Assembly: GCA_964447395.1 (NCBI GenBank)
Contig: CAYUSO010000004.1
Coordinates: forward strand, 109-64,108
Direction of reading: 5' to 3'
DNA: 64,000 bases
DNA from: an uncultured Rhizobium sp.
Lineage (GTDB): Bacteria; Pseudomonadota; Alphaproteobacteria; Rickettsiales; UBA1997
In this document: one piece after another, positions 30,654 to 39,345 of the stretch
How positions within the stretch are numbered: position 1 is the first letter of the stretch
Layout of the letters: every line of letters begins with the position of its first letter
Position numbers and translations under genes: made by a program
The notes under the pieces: model-generated
Seen by the model: the letters and a program-made list of their open reading frames with translations, nothing else
Told to the model about the DNA's origin: nothing
The model's database searches: none

Positions 30654-31211
30654 ATGAAAAAATTTTTACCGTTTTTAACGCTGATTTTTTTGGTTGGTCT
30701 AATCGCCATTGCCACTTACAATCTGAAGCAAAAACAAGAAATCGCAACAACAGAAAAAAACTCTGAAGAGTTCGGCGTTCATTTCGTCAAATCTTCGTTA
30801 AATTTGCCAGAATTTTATCTCTCCGATCTCTTCGATGAAAATAAAAATTTCTCCAAAAAAGATCTCGTGGGAAAATTTTCCGTCATAAATTTTTTCGCTT
30901 CTTGGTGCACAACCTGCCGCGCTGAACATGAAATTTTACTGCGTTTGCGTGACGAAAAAATCATCGATATTTACGGAATCGCTTGGCGCGACATCGATAA
31001 AAACACCAAAGATTACCTAGAAAAACACGGCAATCCTTTCAACAAAACCGCAAAAGATAGCCAGGGACTTTTCACCAAAATCGCCGATATTCAGGCCATT
31101 CCCGAAACTTGGATCGTCAATCGCGAAGGCAACGTAGTCATGCGTTTTCGCGGCAATCTGCAAGATTTCTCAATCGACGAAATCAGAAATTTTTTAAAAA
31201 ACTCAAAATGA
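30654..31211 (+). CDS. ccmG: periplasmic thiol:disulfide oxidoreductase, DsbE/CcmG (TlpA-like)
   Basis: 185-aa ORF with an N-terminal TM and the active site FFASWCTTCRAEH. GIAWRD and PETWIV are typical of CcmG. Confidence 0.75.
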   Translation: MKKFLPFLTLIFLVGLIAIATYNLKQKQEIATTEKNSEEFGVHFVKSSLNLPEFYLSDLFDENKNFSKKDLVGKFSVINFFASWCTTCRAEHEILLRLRDEKIIDIYGIAWRDIDKNTKDYLEKHGNPFNKTAKDSQGLFTKIADIQAIPETWIVNREGNVVMRFRGNLQDFSIDEIRNFLKNSK

Positions 31212-32503
31212 AAATCACAGTAATCGGCAGCGGATATGTCGGATTAGTTTCGGGAATTTGTTTTGCGAAACTTGGACATGAAATTGCCTGCGTCGACAAA
31301 GACGAAGTAAAAATTTCCAAATTAAATTCTGGCGAAATTCCGATTTTCGAACCTGGTCTAAAAGAGCTTTTGAGTGAAGTTGTTGCGGCGAAAAAAATCT
31401 CTTTTACTACAAATTTGAAAGAGGCTTTGGATGGCTCCAGCGTTGTGTTTATCGCCGTTGGCACGCCGCAAGATGAAGATGGCAGCGCTGATCTTTCTTA
31501 CGTTTTAAGCGCCGCAAAAGAGATCGCAGAAAATTCCGATTCTTACAAACTCATCGTCACTAAATCCACGGTTCCAGCTGGCACTGGCGCGAAAATTAAA
31601 AAACTGATTTCTGCCACAAACCCGTCGCTCGATTTTGCTGTCGCTTCAAATCCAGAATTCCTGCGCGAAGGCGCGGCGATTGACGATTTCATGAATCCTG
31701 ATCGCATCGTCATCGGTTGCGAAGATGAAAAAGCACAAAAAATTCTCGCCGAAATTTACGCCAAATTTCCGCGCGAAAAACTCATCACCACCGAAATCAT
31801 CACCGCCGAACTCATCAAATACGCCTCCAATTCCTTCCTCGCGACCAAAATTTCCTTCATCAATGAAATGGCGGATTTATGCGAAATTGTCGGCGGCAAT
31901 ATCAAACAACTTTCGTATGCGATGGGACTCGATTCGCGCATCGGCGAAAAATTTCTCAATCCCGGCCCGGGATTCGGCGGCTCTTGCTTTCCCAAGGATA
32001 TCATGGCCATCCTCAACGTGGCGCGCGAAAATAAAGTTGAGCTGTCTTTAATCGAATCTGTCACCACTTCCAACATTCAGCGCAAACTCAAAATGGTGGG
32101 AAAAATTTCCGCAGCTTTGGATGGAAAAATCACCGGCAAAAAAATCGCGCTGCTCGGCCTCGCGTTCAAGGCCAATACTGACGACATTCGCTATTCGCCA
32201 GCAATCACAATCGCCAAAGAATTAGCCAAAAAAGGTGCAAAAATTTCAGCGCATGATTTCGAAGCGATTGAAAATTCGAAGAGAGAATTGGCTGAGTTTA
32301 GGGAAATTACTTTTTTTGATGATGTTTACGAAGCCGCGTCTGGCGCGGATCTAATCGTGATTGCAACCGAGTGGAAAAAATATCGCGAGCTCGATTTTTC
32401 CAAAATCAAAACCAAAAAAATTGTCGATTTACGCAATCTTTTTGATGAGAAGGAGATGCGGGAGAAGGGTTTTGAATATCGCTATGTTGGTGGGAGGAGT
32501 TAG
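31208..32503 (+). CDS. ugd: UDP-glucose 6-dehydrogenase
   Basis: The ATG at 31208 (ATGA overlap with the ccmG stop) gives MKITVIGSGYVGLV. The catalytic motif GFGGSCFPKD is present. Confidence 0.92.
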   Translation: MKITVIGSGYVGLVSGICFAKLGHEIACVDKDEVKISKLNSGEIPIFEPGLKELLSEVVAAKKISFTTNLKEALDGSSVVFIAVGTPQDEDGSADLSYVLSAAKEIAENSDSYKLIVTKSTVPAGTGAKIKKLISATNPSLDFAVASNPEFLREGAAIDDFMNPDRIVIGCEDEKAQKILAEIYAKFPREKLITTEIITAELIKYASNSFLATKISFINEMADLCEIVGGNIKQLSYAMGLDSRIGEKFLNPGPGFGGSCFPKDIMAILNVARENKVELSLIESVTTSNIQRKLKMVGKISAALDGKITGKKIALLGLAFKANTDDIRYSPAITIAKELAKKGAKISAHDFEAIENSKRELAEFREITFFDDVYEAASGADLIVIATEWKKYRELDFSKIKTKKIVDLRNLFDEKEMREKGFEYRYVGGRS

Positions 32504-32625
32504 TCGCAGATAACTTACCCCTCACCCTAACCCTCTCCCCGTAGCTCAGGGGTAGAAAACAACCCGAAACGGTTGTTTTCGGTTGCGGAGGTAATTCTAG
32601 CCCGAATGGTCAGAGTGCAACGCTA

Positions 32626-32700
32626 GCTCCCGTAGCTCAGGGGATAGAGCAGTGGTTTCCTAAACCATGTGCGCATGTTCGAGTCATGCCGGGAGCACCA
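32626..32700 (+). tRNA. tRNA-Arg (anticodon CCU), CCA encoded
   Basis: Hand-folded: acceptor gctcccg/cgggagc, D arm gctc-aggggata-gagc, anticodon arm gtggt-ttCCTaa-accat, variable gtgc, T arm gcatg-ttcgagt-catgc, then a-cca. Confidence 0.92.
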
Positions 32701-32814
32701 AAGCGAAGGCGTAGTGGTTTCCTAATCCCGGGATTCGCTATCACTCATGCCCGCGTCTTGCTCAAAACAGCCGTTAAGGCTGTTTTGCCGGAGCTAAAGC
32801 TCCGTCGCGCGCGC

Positions 32815-32850
32815 CCATGTGCGCATGTTCGAGTCATGCCGGGAGCACCA
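32815..32850 (+). repeat. perfect 36-nt duplicate of the 3' part of tRNA-Arg(CCU)
   Basis: ccatgtgcgcatgttcgagtcatgccgggagcacca at 32815-32850 is identical to 32665-32700. Further tRNA fragments lie at 32538-32552 (15 nt, 5' part) and 32713-32725 (13 nt, anticodon arm). Confidence 0.9.
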
Positions 32851-32884
32851 TTCGCTTAAGTTAAGGCTAAGCGCAATTTTTATT

Positions 32885-33853
32885 ATGATTAAAATCGGTC
32901 AAATCACACTTGAGGATAACGTTCTCCTCGCCCCAATGTCAGGCGTCACTGACTTGCCTTTCCGTCGTTTGGTGAAGAGCTTCGGCGCGCCTTTGGTGAT
33001 TTCAGAAATGATCGCTTCGCGTGCCATGATTTTGCAAACGCGCGAATCGCTGAAGAAATGCGAAAAAGACAAAACACATTTTCCAATGTCGGTGCAGCTC
33101 GCTGGTTGCGAGCCAGAAGTGATGGCCGAAGCGGCAAAATTAAATGAAGATCTCGGTGCTGATATTATCGACATCAACTTCGGCTGTCCGGTAAAAAAAG
33201 TCGTCAATGGCTTCGCTGGATCCGCGCTGATGAAGGATGAAGCGCTTGCGACAAAAATCATGGAAGCCGTCGTTAAAGCCGTAAAAATTCCCGTCACGAT
33301 GAAAATGCGTTTGGGTTGGAATTACGAAAATCTCAACTCGCCAAGCCTCGCCAAAAAAGCTGAAGAATCGGGAATCAAAATGCTCACCGTGCACGGCCGC
33401 ACTAGGTGCCAAATGTATAACGGCCAAGCAAATTGGGAGCTAATTTCACGCGTAAAAGACGCCGTAAAAATTCCGATAATTGCCAATGGCGATATTAAAA
33501 ATTCTGCCGATGCAAGAAAAGCGCTAGAGCTCTCGAAAGCCGACGGAGTCATGATTGGCCGCGCTTGCTACGGAAAGCCTTGGTTGATTTCACAAATAAA
33601 TTCCGAACTAAAAGGCCAAGAAAAAATCATCATTCCTTCGCTTGAGGAACAGAAAAAAATCGTACTCAGCCACTTCAATGAAATGATCGATCACTACGGC
33701 GAACAAATCGCCATCCCCCTCGCCCGCAAACATATCGGCTGGTACAGCGGCGGCCTGAAAGGCTCCGCAGAATTCCGCGCCAAAATCAACACAACTCAAG
33801 GCTCACAAAATGTGCGCGAGCTGATTGAAAAATTTTACGATTTGCAGTCTTAA
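32885..33853 (+). CDS. dusB: tRNA-dihydrouridine synthase (DusB-like)
   Basis: The ATG at 32885 gives MIKIGQITLEDNVLLAPMSGVTDLPFR. Also present are INFGCP, TVHGRTR, and NGDI. Confidence 0.9.
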   Translation: MIKIGQITLEDNVLLAPMSGVTDLPFRRLVKSFGAPLVISEMIASRAMILQTRESLKKCEKDKTHFPMSVQLAGCEPEVMAEAAKLNEDLGADIIDINFGCPVKKVVNGFAGSALMKDEALATKIMEAVVKAVKIPVTMKMRLGWNYENLNSPSLAKKAEESGIKMLTVHGRTRCQMYNGQANWELISRVKDAVKIPIIANGDIKNSADARKALELSKADGVMIGRACYGKPWLISQINSELKGQEKIIIPSLEEQKKIVLSHFNEMIDHYGEQIAIPLARKHIGWYSGGLKGSAEFRAKINTTQGSQNVRELIEKFYDLQS

Positions 33854-33861
33854 ATCTGTTT

Positions 33862-33892
33862 GTTAATCTAACAGCAAGAGTTGGATTAACAA
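33862..33892. repeat. 31-nt hairpin repeat, left flank of the AAA-ATPase gene
   Basis: gttaatctaac-agcaagag-ttggattaacaa. The 10-bp stem includes one G-U pair. It shares 11 + 12 nt exactly with the copy at 35191-35221. Confidence 0.85.
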
Positions 33893-33914
33893 TCATCTAT
33901 CACCCACAAAACTT

Positions 33915-35195
33915 ATGCCAAAAATCATTAGATCTGCTGAACAAAAAATTCTTAAAATCATCGCCAACAATCCAAGCAACATCGTCTATGTCAGCGGACC
34001 CAGACAAGCGGGGAAAACAACTTTGGCTAAAGATTTTGTAAAAAAATTTGCGGCAAAACACAAAAATAAATTCGAGAAAATTTCCTATATTACATTCGAT
34101 GATGGCAATGCACTTTCTTCAGCGAAATCTGATCCGGAGCGCTTTATTGAAGGATTGGAAGGATTTACAATTATCGACGAGGTTCAACTCGCACCAGAAA
34201 TTTTTCGTCCATTAAAGAAAAAAATTGACGAGGCGCGCTACAAAAAAACAGCAATAAATTTTTTACTCACCGGATCAGCAAATATTTTGCTTTTGCCAAA
34301 ACTTTCCGACGCTCTGGTTGGCCGCATGACTATTGTGGAGCTTCTTCCTATCTCGGTTGGCGAGGCGTTTAAAACTAACAAAAATTTTATTGAATTTCTT
34401 TTTGAGAAAAAAATTCTCTTTCGAGCAAAGGCTTCTTTGTCAACCAAAACTAAGGTGATAAAGGCGATAAAAACTGCGACTTTTCCGCAGATTTCAGCAA
34501 ATCGTGAGATTGATCGTGAATCGTGGTTTCGCGATTATATCAATAACTTGATTAGAAGAGATGTGCGCGAAATTTCTGAAATAGAAAATATCTCTGCTAT
34601 GCCTAAAGCGTTAAAAGCTTTGTCTGCAAGGGTTGGTGGCCTTATTAATGACGCTGATATTGCGCGTGATGTCTCGCTTAATCAAATGACTTTCAAGCGC
34701 TATAAAATTCTTTTAGAAAATGTTTTTCTGATTTTTCATTTGCAACCGTGGTTTCGCAATCTCACAAAAAGATTAATCAAAACTCCAAAAATTTATTTTA
34801 CCGATAGTCTGTTGTTAAGCCAGGTTCTAGGGCTTGATTTAGATGATTTACACAAAAATAACCCCGAAATTTTCGGAAAAATTCTGGAAAATTTTATCGC
34901 AAGCGAGCTGCTAAAACAAACAAAATTATTCGGAAATTTTGATCTTTATCATTTTAGAACTTCAGATGACAAGGAAGTAGATTTTGTAATTGAACGCAAA
35001 GATGGCAAGCTGGTTGGGGTCGAAGTAAAGAGCAAAAAAACATTACAAGAATCCGATCTAATCGGCCTTAAAACCTTACAAAACCTAGTTCCAAAGAGTT
35101 TCGTCAAAGGCATAATTCTATATCAAGGCGATGACATTCTAACCTTCGGCAACAACATTTTTGCTCTCCCCATTTCTACTTTATGGGAGAGTTAA
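33915..35195 (+). CDS. AAA+ ATPase with DUF4143-type C-terminal domain (COG1373-like)
   Basis: 426-aa ORF with Walker A GPRQAGKTT and Walker B IIDEVQ. The C-terminal E.DF(V/I) region (KEVDFVIERKDGKLVGVEVK) is typical of this family. Confidence 0.8.
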   Translation: MPKIIRSAEQKILKIIANNPSNIVYVSGPRQAGKTTLAKDFVKKFAAKHKNKFEKISYITFDDGNALSSAKSDPERFIEGLEGFTIIDEVQLAPEIFRPLKKKIDEARYKKTAINFLLTGSANILLLPKLSDALVGRMTIVELLPISVGEAFKTNKNFIEFLFEKKILFRAKASLSTKTKVIKAIKTATFPQISANREIDRESWFRDYINNLIRRDVREISEIENISAMPKALKALSARVGGLINDADIARDVSLNQMTFKRYKILLENVFLIFHLQPWFRNLTKRLIKTPKIYFTDSLLLSQVLGLDLDDLHKNNPEIFGKILENFIASELLKQTKLFGNFDLYHFRTSDDKEVDFVIERKDGKLVGVEVKSKKTLQESDLIGLKTLQNLVPKSFVKGIILYQGDDILTFGNNIFALPISTLWES

Positions 35196-35221
35196 TCTAA
35201 CGCTTGATGTTGGATTAACAA
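35191..35221. repeat. 31-nt hairpin repeat, right flank of the AAA-ATPase gene (contains its stop codon)
   Basis: gttaatctaac-gcttgatg-ttggattaacaa. The ATPase TAA stop (35193-35195) lies inside the repeat. Confidence 0.85.
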
Positions 35222-35235
35222 ACTTTAATAAAACT

Positions 35236-36843
35236 ATGGCAAAACTAAAAATTCATCTTGCGCAGATTAATCCGACGGCTGGGGATCTCGAGGGAAATTA
35301 CAAAAAAATTCTCCATCAACATAAGCTGGCAAGCGAGGAAGGGTGCGACTTGGTGGTGTTTTCGGAAATGGCGATTTGTGGTTATCCTTGCGAAGATTTG
35401 TGGCAGAAAAAATATTTTATTCGCGCGGTTCAGGAAAAAATTTTGGAAATTTTAGTTGCGACAAAAGACTCAAAATGCGCGATTTTGCTAGGTGCGCCAA
35501 CTTTTGATTTAGAAAGAAAAAAAGAAGTTTTGCGCAATTCGGCGATTTTTATCGAGCGAGGCGAGATCAAAAAAATCATCAATAAAAAGACTTTGCCGAA
35601 TTTCGGAGTCTTCGATGAACATAGGCATTTTGTGGCTTCGCAGTTTTTATCTTCAATTGAGTTTCGCGGTTTAACTTTGTCGATTTTGATCTGCGAAGAT
35701 TTGTGGGATGCGAGAAATCTTTTTCTGCTGCAGGAGCAAATTTTTGATCTCCTAATCACAATTAACGCCTCGCCTTATTCGACAAAAAAACACGAATATC
35801 GTCAGAAACTTTGCGAAAATTTTGCTCAAACTCTCGGCAAGAATTTGATTTATGTGAATCAGGTTGGAGGTCAGGATTCTCTAGTGTTTGACGGCTCTTC
35901 ATTTGCGATGAATAAAGCCGGAGAAATCGTCGCGCAGCTAAAAGAATTCGAAGAAGATTCGGCGATGATTGAGGTGGAGAAAACCGGAAAAATAATTCCA
36001 CTTACGACTTACGACTTACGACTTAAGACTAATCACAAACGCAATTACCAAGCCTGTATTCTCGGCCTTCGCGACTATGTTTCGAAAAATAATTTCAAAA
36101 AGGTAATTCTTGGAATGTCTGGCGGCGTAGATTCGGCGCTGGTTGCAGCTATGGCAGTTGATGCTCTTGGAAAAGAAAATGTCACGCTTTATGCACTGCC
36201 GAGCCGCTATAATTCTGAGGAATCGATGATTGATGCAAAAAATTGCGCGCAGAATTTGGGAGTGGATTTGGAGATAATTTCTATCGAAGCGGTTTTTGAA
36301 TCGATGCTTTTTTCAGTAAAAAATTCTTCGGATTTGGCGAAGGAAAATATGCAATCGCGCATTCGCGGAAACATTCTCATGGCAATCTCCAACTCAACTG
36401 GCGCACTTTTGCTTTCAACTGGAAATAAATCCGAACTCGCCTGCGGCTATGCCACGCTTTACGGCGACATGTGCGGCGGCTTTAATCCAATCAAAGATCT
36501 ATACAAAACTCAGGTTTACGAATTGGCGCAACTCAAGAGCGACGTGATCCCACAAAATATTTTAACCAAAGCTCCAACTGCTGAATTGCGAGAAAATCAG
36601 AAAGATTCTGACTCGCTACCCGATTATGAAATTCTCGATAAAATTCTTTTTCAGCTGATTGAGGAACAAAAATCGGTTGAGGAAATTTCGCGTTTCATCG
36701 ACGAAGAACTTGTAAAAAAAGTGGCAAAACTTTTTTACACAAGCGAGTATAAACGCAAGCAGGCTGTGCTTGGGCCAAAAATTTCCGATATGTCTTTCGA
36801 CAAAGATCGTCGCTATCCAATCACTAATAAATTCAAAAAATGA
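35236..36843 (+). CDS. nadE: glutamine-dependent NAD+ synthetase
   Basis: The ATG at 35236 gives MAKLKIHLAQINPTAGDLEGN, a nitrilase-like N-domain with the FSEMAICGYPCEDL and ICEDLW Cys. The synthetase domain has GMSGGVDSAL. Confidence 0.92.
   Translation: MAKLKIHLAQINPTAGDLEGNYKKILHQHKLASEEGCDLVVFSEMAICGYPCEDLWQKKYFIRAVQEKILEILVATKDSKCAILLGAPTFDLERKKEVLRNSAIFIERGEIKKIINKKTLPNFGVFDEHRHFVASQFLSSIEFRGLTLSILICEDLWDARNLFLLQEQIFDLLITINASPYSTKKHEYRQKLCENFAQTLGKNLIYVNQVGGQDSLVFDGSSFAMNKAGEIVAQLKEFEEDSAMIEVEKTGKIIPLTTYDLRLKTNHKRNYQACILGLRDYVSKNNFKKVILGMSGGVDSALVAAMAVDALGKENVTLYALPSRYNSEESMIDAKNCAQNLGVDLEIISIEAVFESMLFSVKNSSDLAKENMQSRIRGNILMAISNSTGALLLSTGNKSELACGYATLYGDMCGGFNPIKDLYKTQVYELAQLKSDVIPQNILTKAPTAELRENQKDSDSLPDYEILDKILFQLIEEQKSVEEISRFIDEELVKKVAKLFYTSEYKRKQAVLGPKISDMSFDKDRRYPITNKFKK
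36001..36030. repeat. heptamer tandem repeat (cttacga)x4 inside nadE coding sequence
   Basis: cttacga cttacga cttacga cttaaga ct, translated in frame as TTYDLRLKT. It is the same unit as the right arm of the 2526-2606 hairpin. Confidence 0.85.
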
Positions 36844-37322
36844 GCGAAGAAAAATTTTACGCTGGCTTCTTTGTTCGCCTTTTTGCCGGCTTTCTCGATT
36901 TAATTTTTTTAGCGCCGATTTTTCTTGTAGCGATTTATCTGATCGGCAGCGGCGAATATGACAGCATAAGGCTTGGCGACGCTACGCAAAATTTTTTCGC
37001 CGCCAGTTTTTTTGCTAGCACAATGAACCCAACCTTGGTTGATCTCATCACTTACACAATCAGCATCGCCTACATCGTCACTCTTTTAACCAGCAAACAG
37101 CAGGCAACTTTCGGCAAAAGAATCATGGGAATTTATGTCGGAAATCCTGACGGATCGAAATTGAGCAAACTAAAAGCTGTGGCGCGCGCAGCAGCTTCTC
37201 TTCTAACTGCGGCAACTTGCGGCCTGGGATTTTTTATCGTAATTTTCACCAAAGAAAAAATTTCGCTTCACGATTTCATCTGCAACACTCGCGTCTTTCA
37301 CGGTAAAAAAAATGGAAACTGA
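36840..37322 (+). CDS. RDD-family membrane protein
   Basis: 160-aa ORF with YAGFFVRLFAGFLDLIF at the N-terminus, about 3 TM segments, and LHDFICNTRV near the C-terminus. There is an ATGA overlap with nadE. Confidence 0.65.
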   Translation: MSEEKFYAGFFVRLFAGFLDLIFLAPIFLVAIYLIGSGEYDSIRLGDATQNFFAASFFASTMNPTLVDLITYTISIAYIVTLLTSKQQATFGKRIMGIYVGNPDGSKLSKLKAVARAAASLLTAATCGLGFFIVIFTKEKISLHDFICNTRVFHGKKNGN

Positions 37323-37554
37323 AAAATTAATTTGCGGCGATTGCAAAGGAATTACCGCTGTGCAGAAAGGCAAACGCGGCAGTGGATTGATCGAAATTCT
37401 TTTATGGTCGACACTGTTCTTTCCTGGAATTTTTTATTCAATGTGGCGCAAAGGATCGGCAAAAAAAACTTGCCAATATTGCGGCGGTAATTTTTTACTT
37501 CCCGCCGATTCGCACTACACCCACGAGCTTCTGAAGCCAATTACAAAAAAATAA
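37312..37554 (+). CDS. small zinc-ribbon membrane protein (hypothetical)
   Basis: 80-aa ORF with CGDC...CQYC pairs flanking a hydrophobic segment. It overlaps the RDD gene by 11 nt and ends 1 nt before gltX. Confidence 0.45.
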   Translation: METEKLICGDCKGITAVQKGKRGSGLIEILLWSTLFFPGIFYSMWRKGSAKKTCQYCGGNFLLPADSHYTHELLKPITKK

Positions 37555-37555
37555 A

Positions 37556-38914
37556 ATGACTAAAATCTGCAGATTTGCGCCTTCTCCAACTGGATTTCTT
37601 CACGTCGGAAATATTCGCGCCGCAATCATAAATTTTCTTTACGCCAAAAAAATGGGCGGAAAATTTTTGCTACGTTTGGACGACACGGATGTTGAGCGCG
37701 TGCGCGAAGAATATCGCACGCAAATTTTTGAAGATATGAAATGGCTCGGATTATCTTTCGATGATTCATTCAAGCAAAATGATCGCCTGGCACGATATGA
37801 AGAGGCGAAAAACCAACTCATCGCAAATGGTCGGCTTTACGAATGTTTTGAAACTCCGGAAGAATTAAATCTGCAACGCAAAAACCAAATTGCTTCGGGA
37901 CATACTCCCATCTACAACCGAGCAGCTTTGAAGCTCACCGCGGAGCAAAAAGAAAATCTGCGCAAACAAGGCTTAAAACCGCATTATCGCTTTCTTTTGC
38001 AAGATAAAAAAACCGAGTGGAATGACAAAATCAAAGGCCGAATTTCTTACGAAGGCCTGCATTTTTCTGATCCGGTTTTGGTGAGAGATAACGGCGTTCC
38101 AACTTACACTTTCTGCTCGGTGGTTGACGATGTTGATTACAAAATCACCGATATTATTCGTGGCGAAGATCACATCACCAACACCGCAATTCAGATTCAA
38201 ATTTTTGAAGCGCTGGGAGCCGCAGCACCAGATTTCGCGCACCTTGCGCTGGTTAAGGCATCTGAAGGAAAAATTTCCAAACGCGAAGGTGGATTTGACG
38301 TAAAAACTCTGCGCGCTGAAGGTTATGAGCCAATGGCGGTGATTGATTTGCTTGCGCAAATTGGCACTTCTGAACCGATAAAAATTTACAAAAATTTTGA
38401 TGAGTTAGTGGCGAATTTTTCTTTCGAAAAATTTTCGAAATCGGCGACAAATTACGACATTGGAGAACTCGCAAATATAAATCAGAAATTGCTGCAAGTG
38501 CTTGATTTAAGCTATGTAAGGAAGTGGGTAGAAAGAGGCGAAATGAATGTTATAAGAGCAAGCGACCCCGAATCAATCAGCGAGGAATTTTGGTTAGCAA
38601 TGAGAAATAATATCCACCTTCTTGGAGAAATCAGAGAGTGGTGGACGATTATAAACACTGAATTCCGCTTCCCAAACGCAGAGAGTGATAAAAAATTTTT
38701 AAAAGATGCGTCATGGTATCTTCCGCAGGATACAAAAAATGAAAATTGTTGGAACGTCTGGCTTGAACAAATCAAGAAAAATCTCGATCGAAAAGGCAAA
38801 GAGCTTTTCATGCCAATTCGCTTGGCTCTAAGCGGCAAAGAACATGGTCCGGAAATGAAATTTTTGGTGAATCTGATTTCGCGCGAGGAGATTTTAAAAA
38901 GACTGCAGAACTGA
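37556..38914 (+). CDS. gltX: glutamyl-tRNA synthetase
   Basis: 452-aa ORF with the class I HIGH region FAPSPTGFLHVGNIR and the KMSKS equivalent KISKREGG. Confidence 0.93.
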   Translation: MTKICRFAPSPTGFLHVGNIRAAIINFLYAKKMGGKFLLRLDDTDVERVREEYRTQIFEDMKWLGLSFDDSFKQNDRLARYEEAKNQLIANGRLYECFETPEELNLQRKNQIASGHTPIYNRAALKLTAEQKENLRKQGLKPHYRFLLQDKKTEWNDKIKGRISYEGLHFSDPVLVRDNGVPTYTFCSVVDDVDYKITDIIRGEDHITNTAIQIQIFEALGAAAPDFAHLALVKASEGKISKREGGFDVKTLRAEGYEPMAVIDLLAQIGTSEPIKIYKNFDELVANFSFEKFSKSATNYDIGELANINQKLLQVLDLSYVRKWVERGEMNVIRASDPESISEEFWLAMRNNIHLLGEIREWWTIINTEFRFPNAESDKKFLKDASWYLPQDTKNENCWNVWLEQIKKNLDRKGKELFMPIRLALSGKEHGPEMKFLVNLISREEILKRLQN

Positions 38915-38928
38915 TTTTGAAAATACCG

Positions 38929-39345
38929 CTACTTCTCAATTCGCTTAAACTGACCATCAATCGAAGCGCCATCTTCAACACAGAGAGACTCATATTCGAC
39001 TTCGCCGCGAAGCTTTGCTTTGCTAGAAATGTTAATGCTTCTTGCTTGGATTTTTCCTTCGAATGTACCGCGCAAACTTAGAGATTCGGCGATAATCGTG
39101 CCTTCAATTCTTCCCTCTTCGCGCAAAATTACGGAATTACCAACCAAAGTTCCTTTTATTGAACCTTCAATTTCGATTAAACCAGCGCTGTTAATTTCAC
39201 CCTCAATTTTCAAATCACGAGCAATGATGGTTGGGGTTGATTTGAAATTTGAGCTAATAACTTCAAATTTTTTAGAAATTGAATTGTCGTTTGAGCCGCT
39301 TTGCGCGATAGAAACTACTTTCGATTTTAAATTAGCTATTGGCAT
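38929..39345 (-). CDS. bactofilin-family cytoskeletal protein
   Basis: 138-aa ORF with repetitive beta-helix pattern (IEGEINSAGLIEIEGSIKGTLVGNSVILREEGRIEGTIIAESLSLRGTFEGKI). Confidence 0.85.
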   Translation of the reverse strand: MPIANLKSKVVSIAQSGSNDNSISKKFEVISSNFKSTPTIIARDLKIEGEINSAGLIEIEGSIKGTLVGNSVILREEGRIEGTIIAESLSLRGTFEGKIQARSINISSKAKLRGEVEYESLCVEDGASIDGQFKRIEK

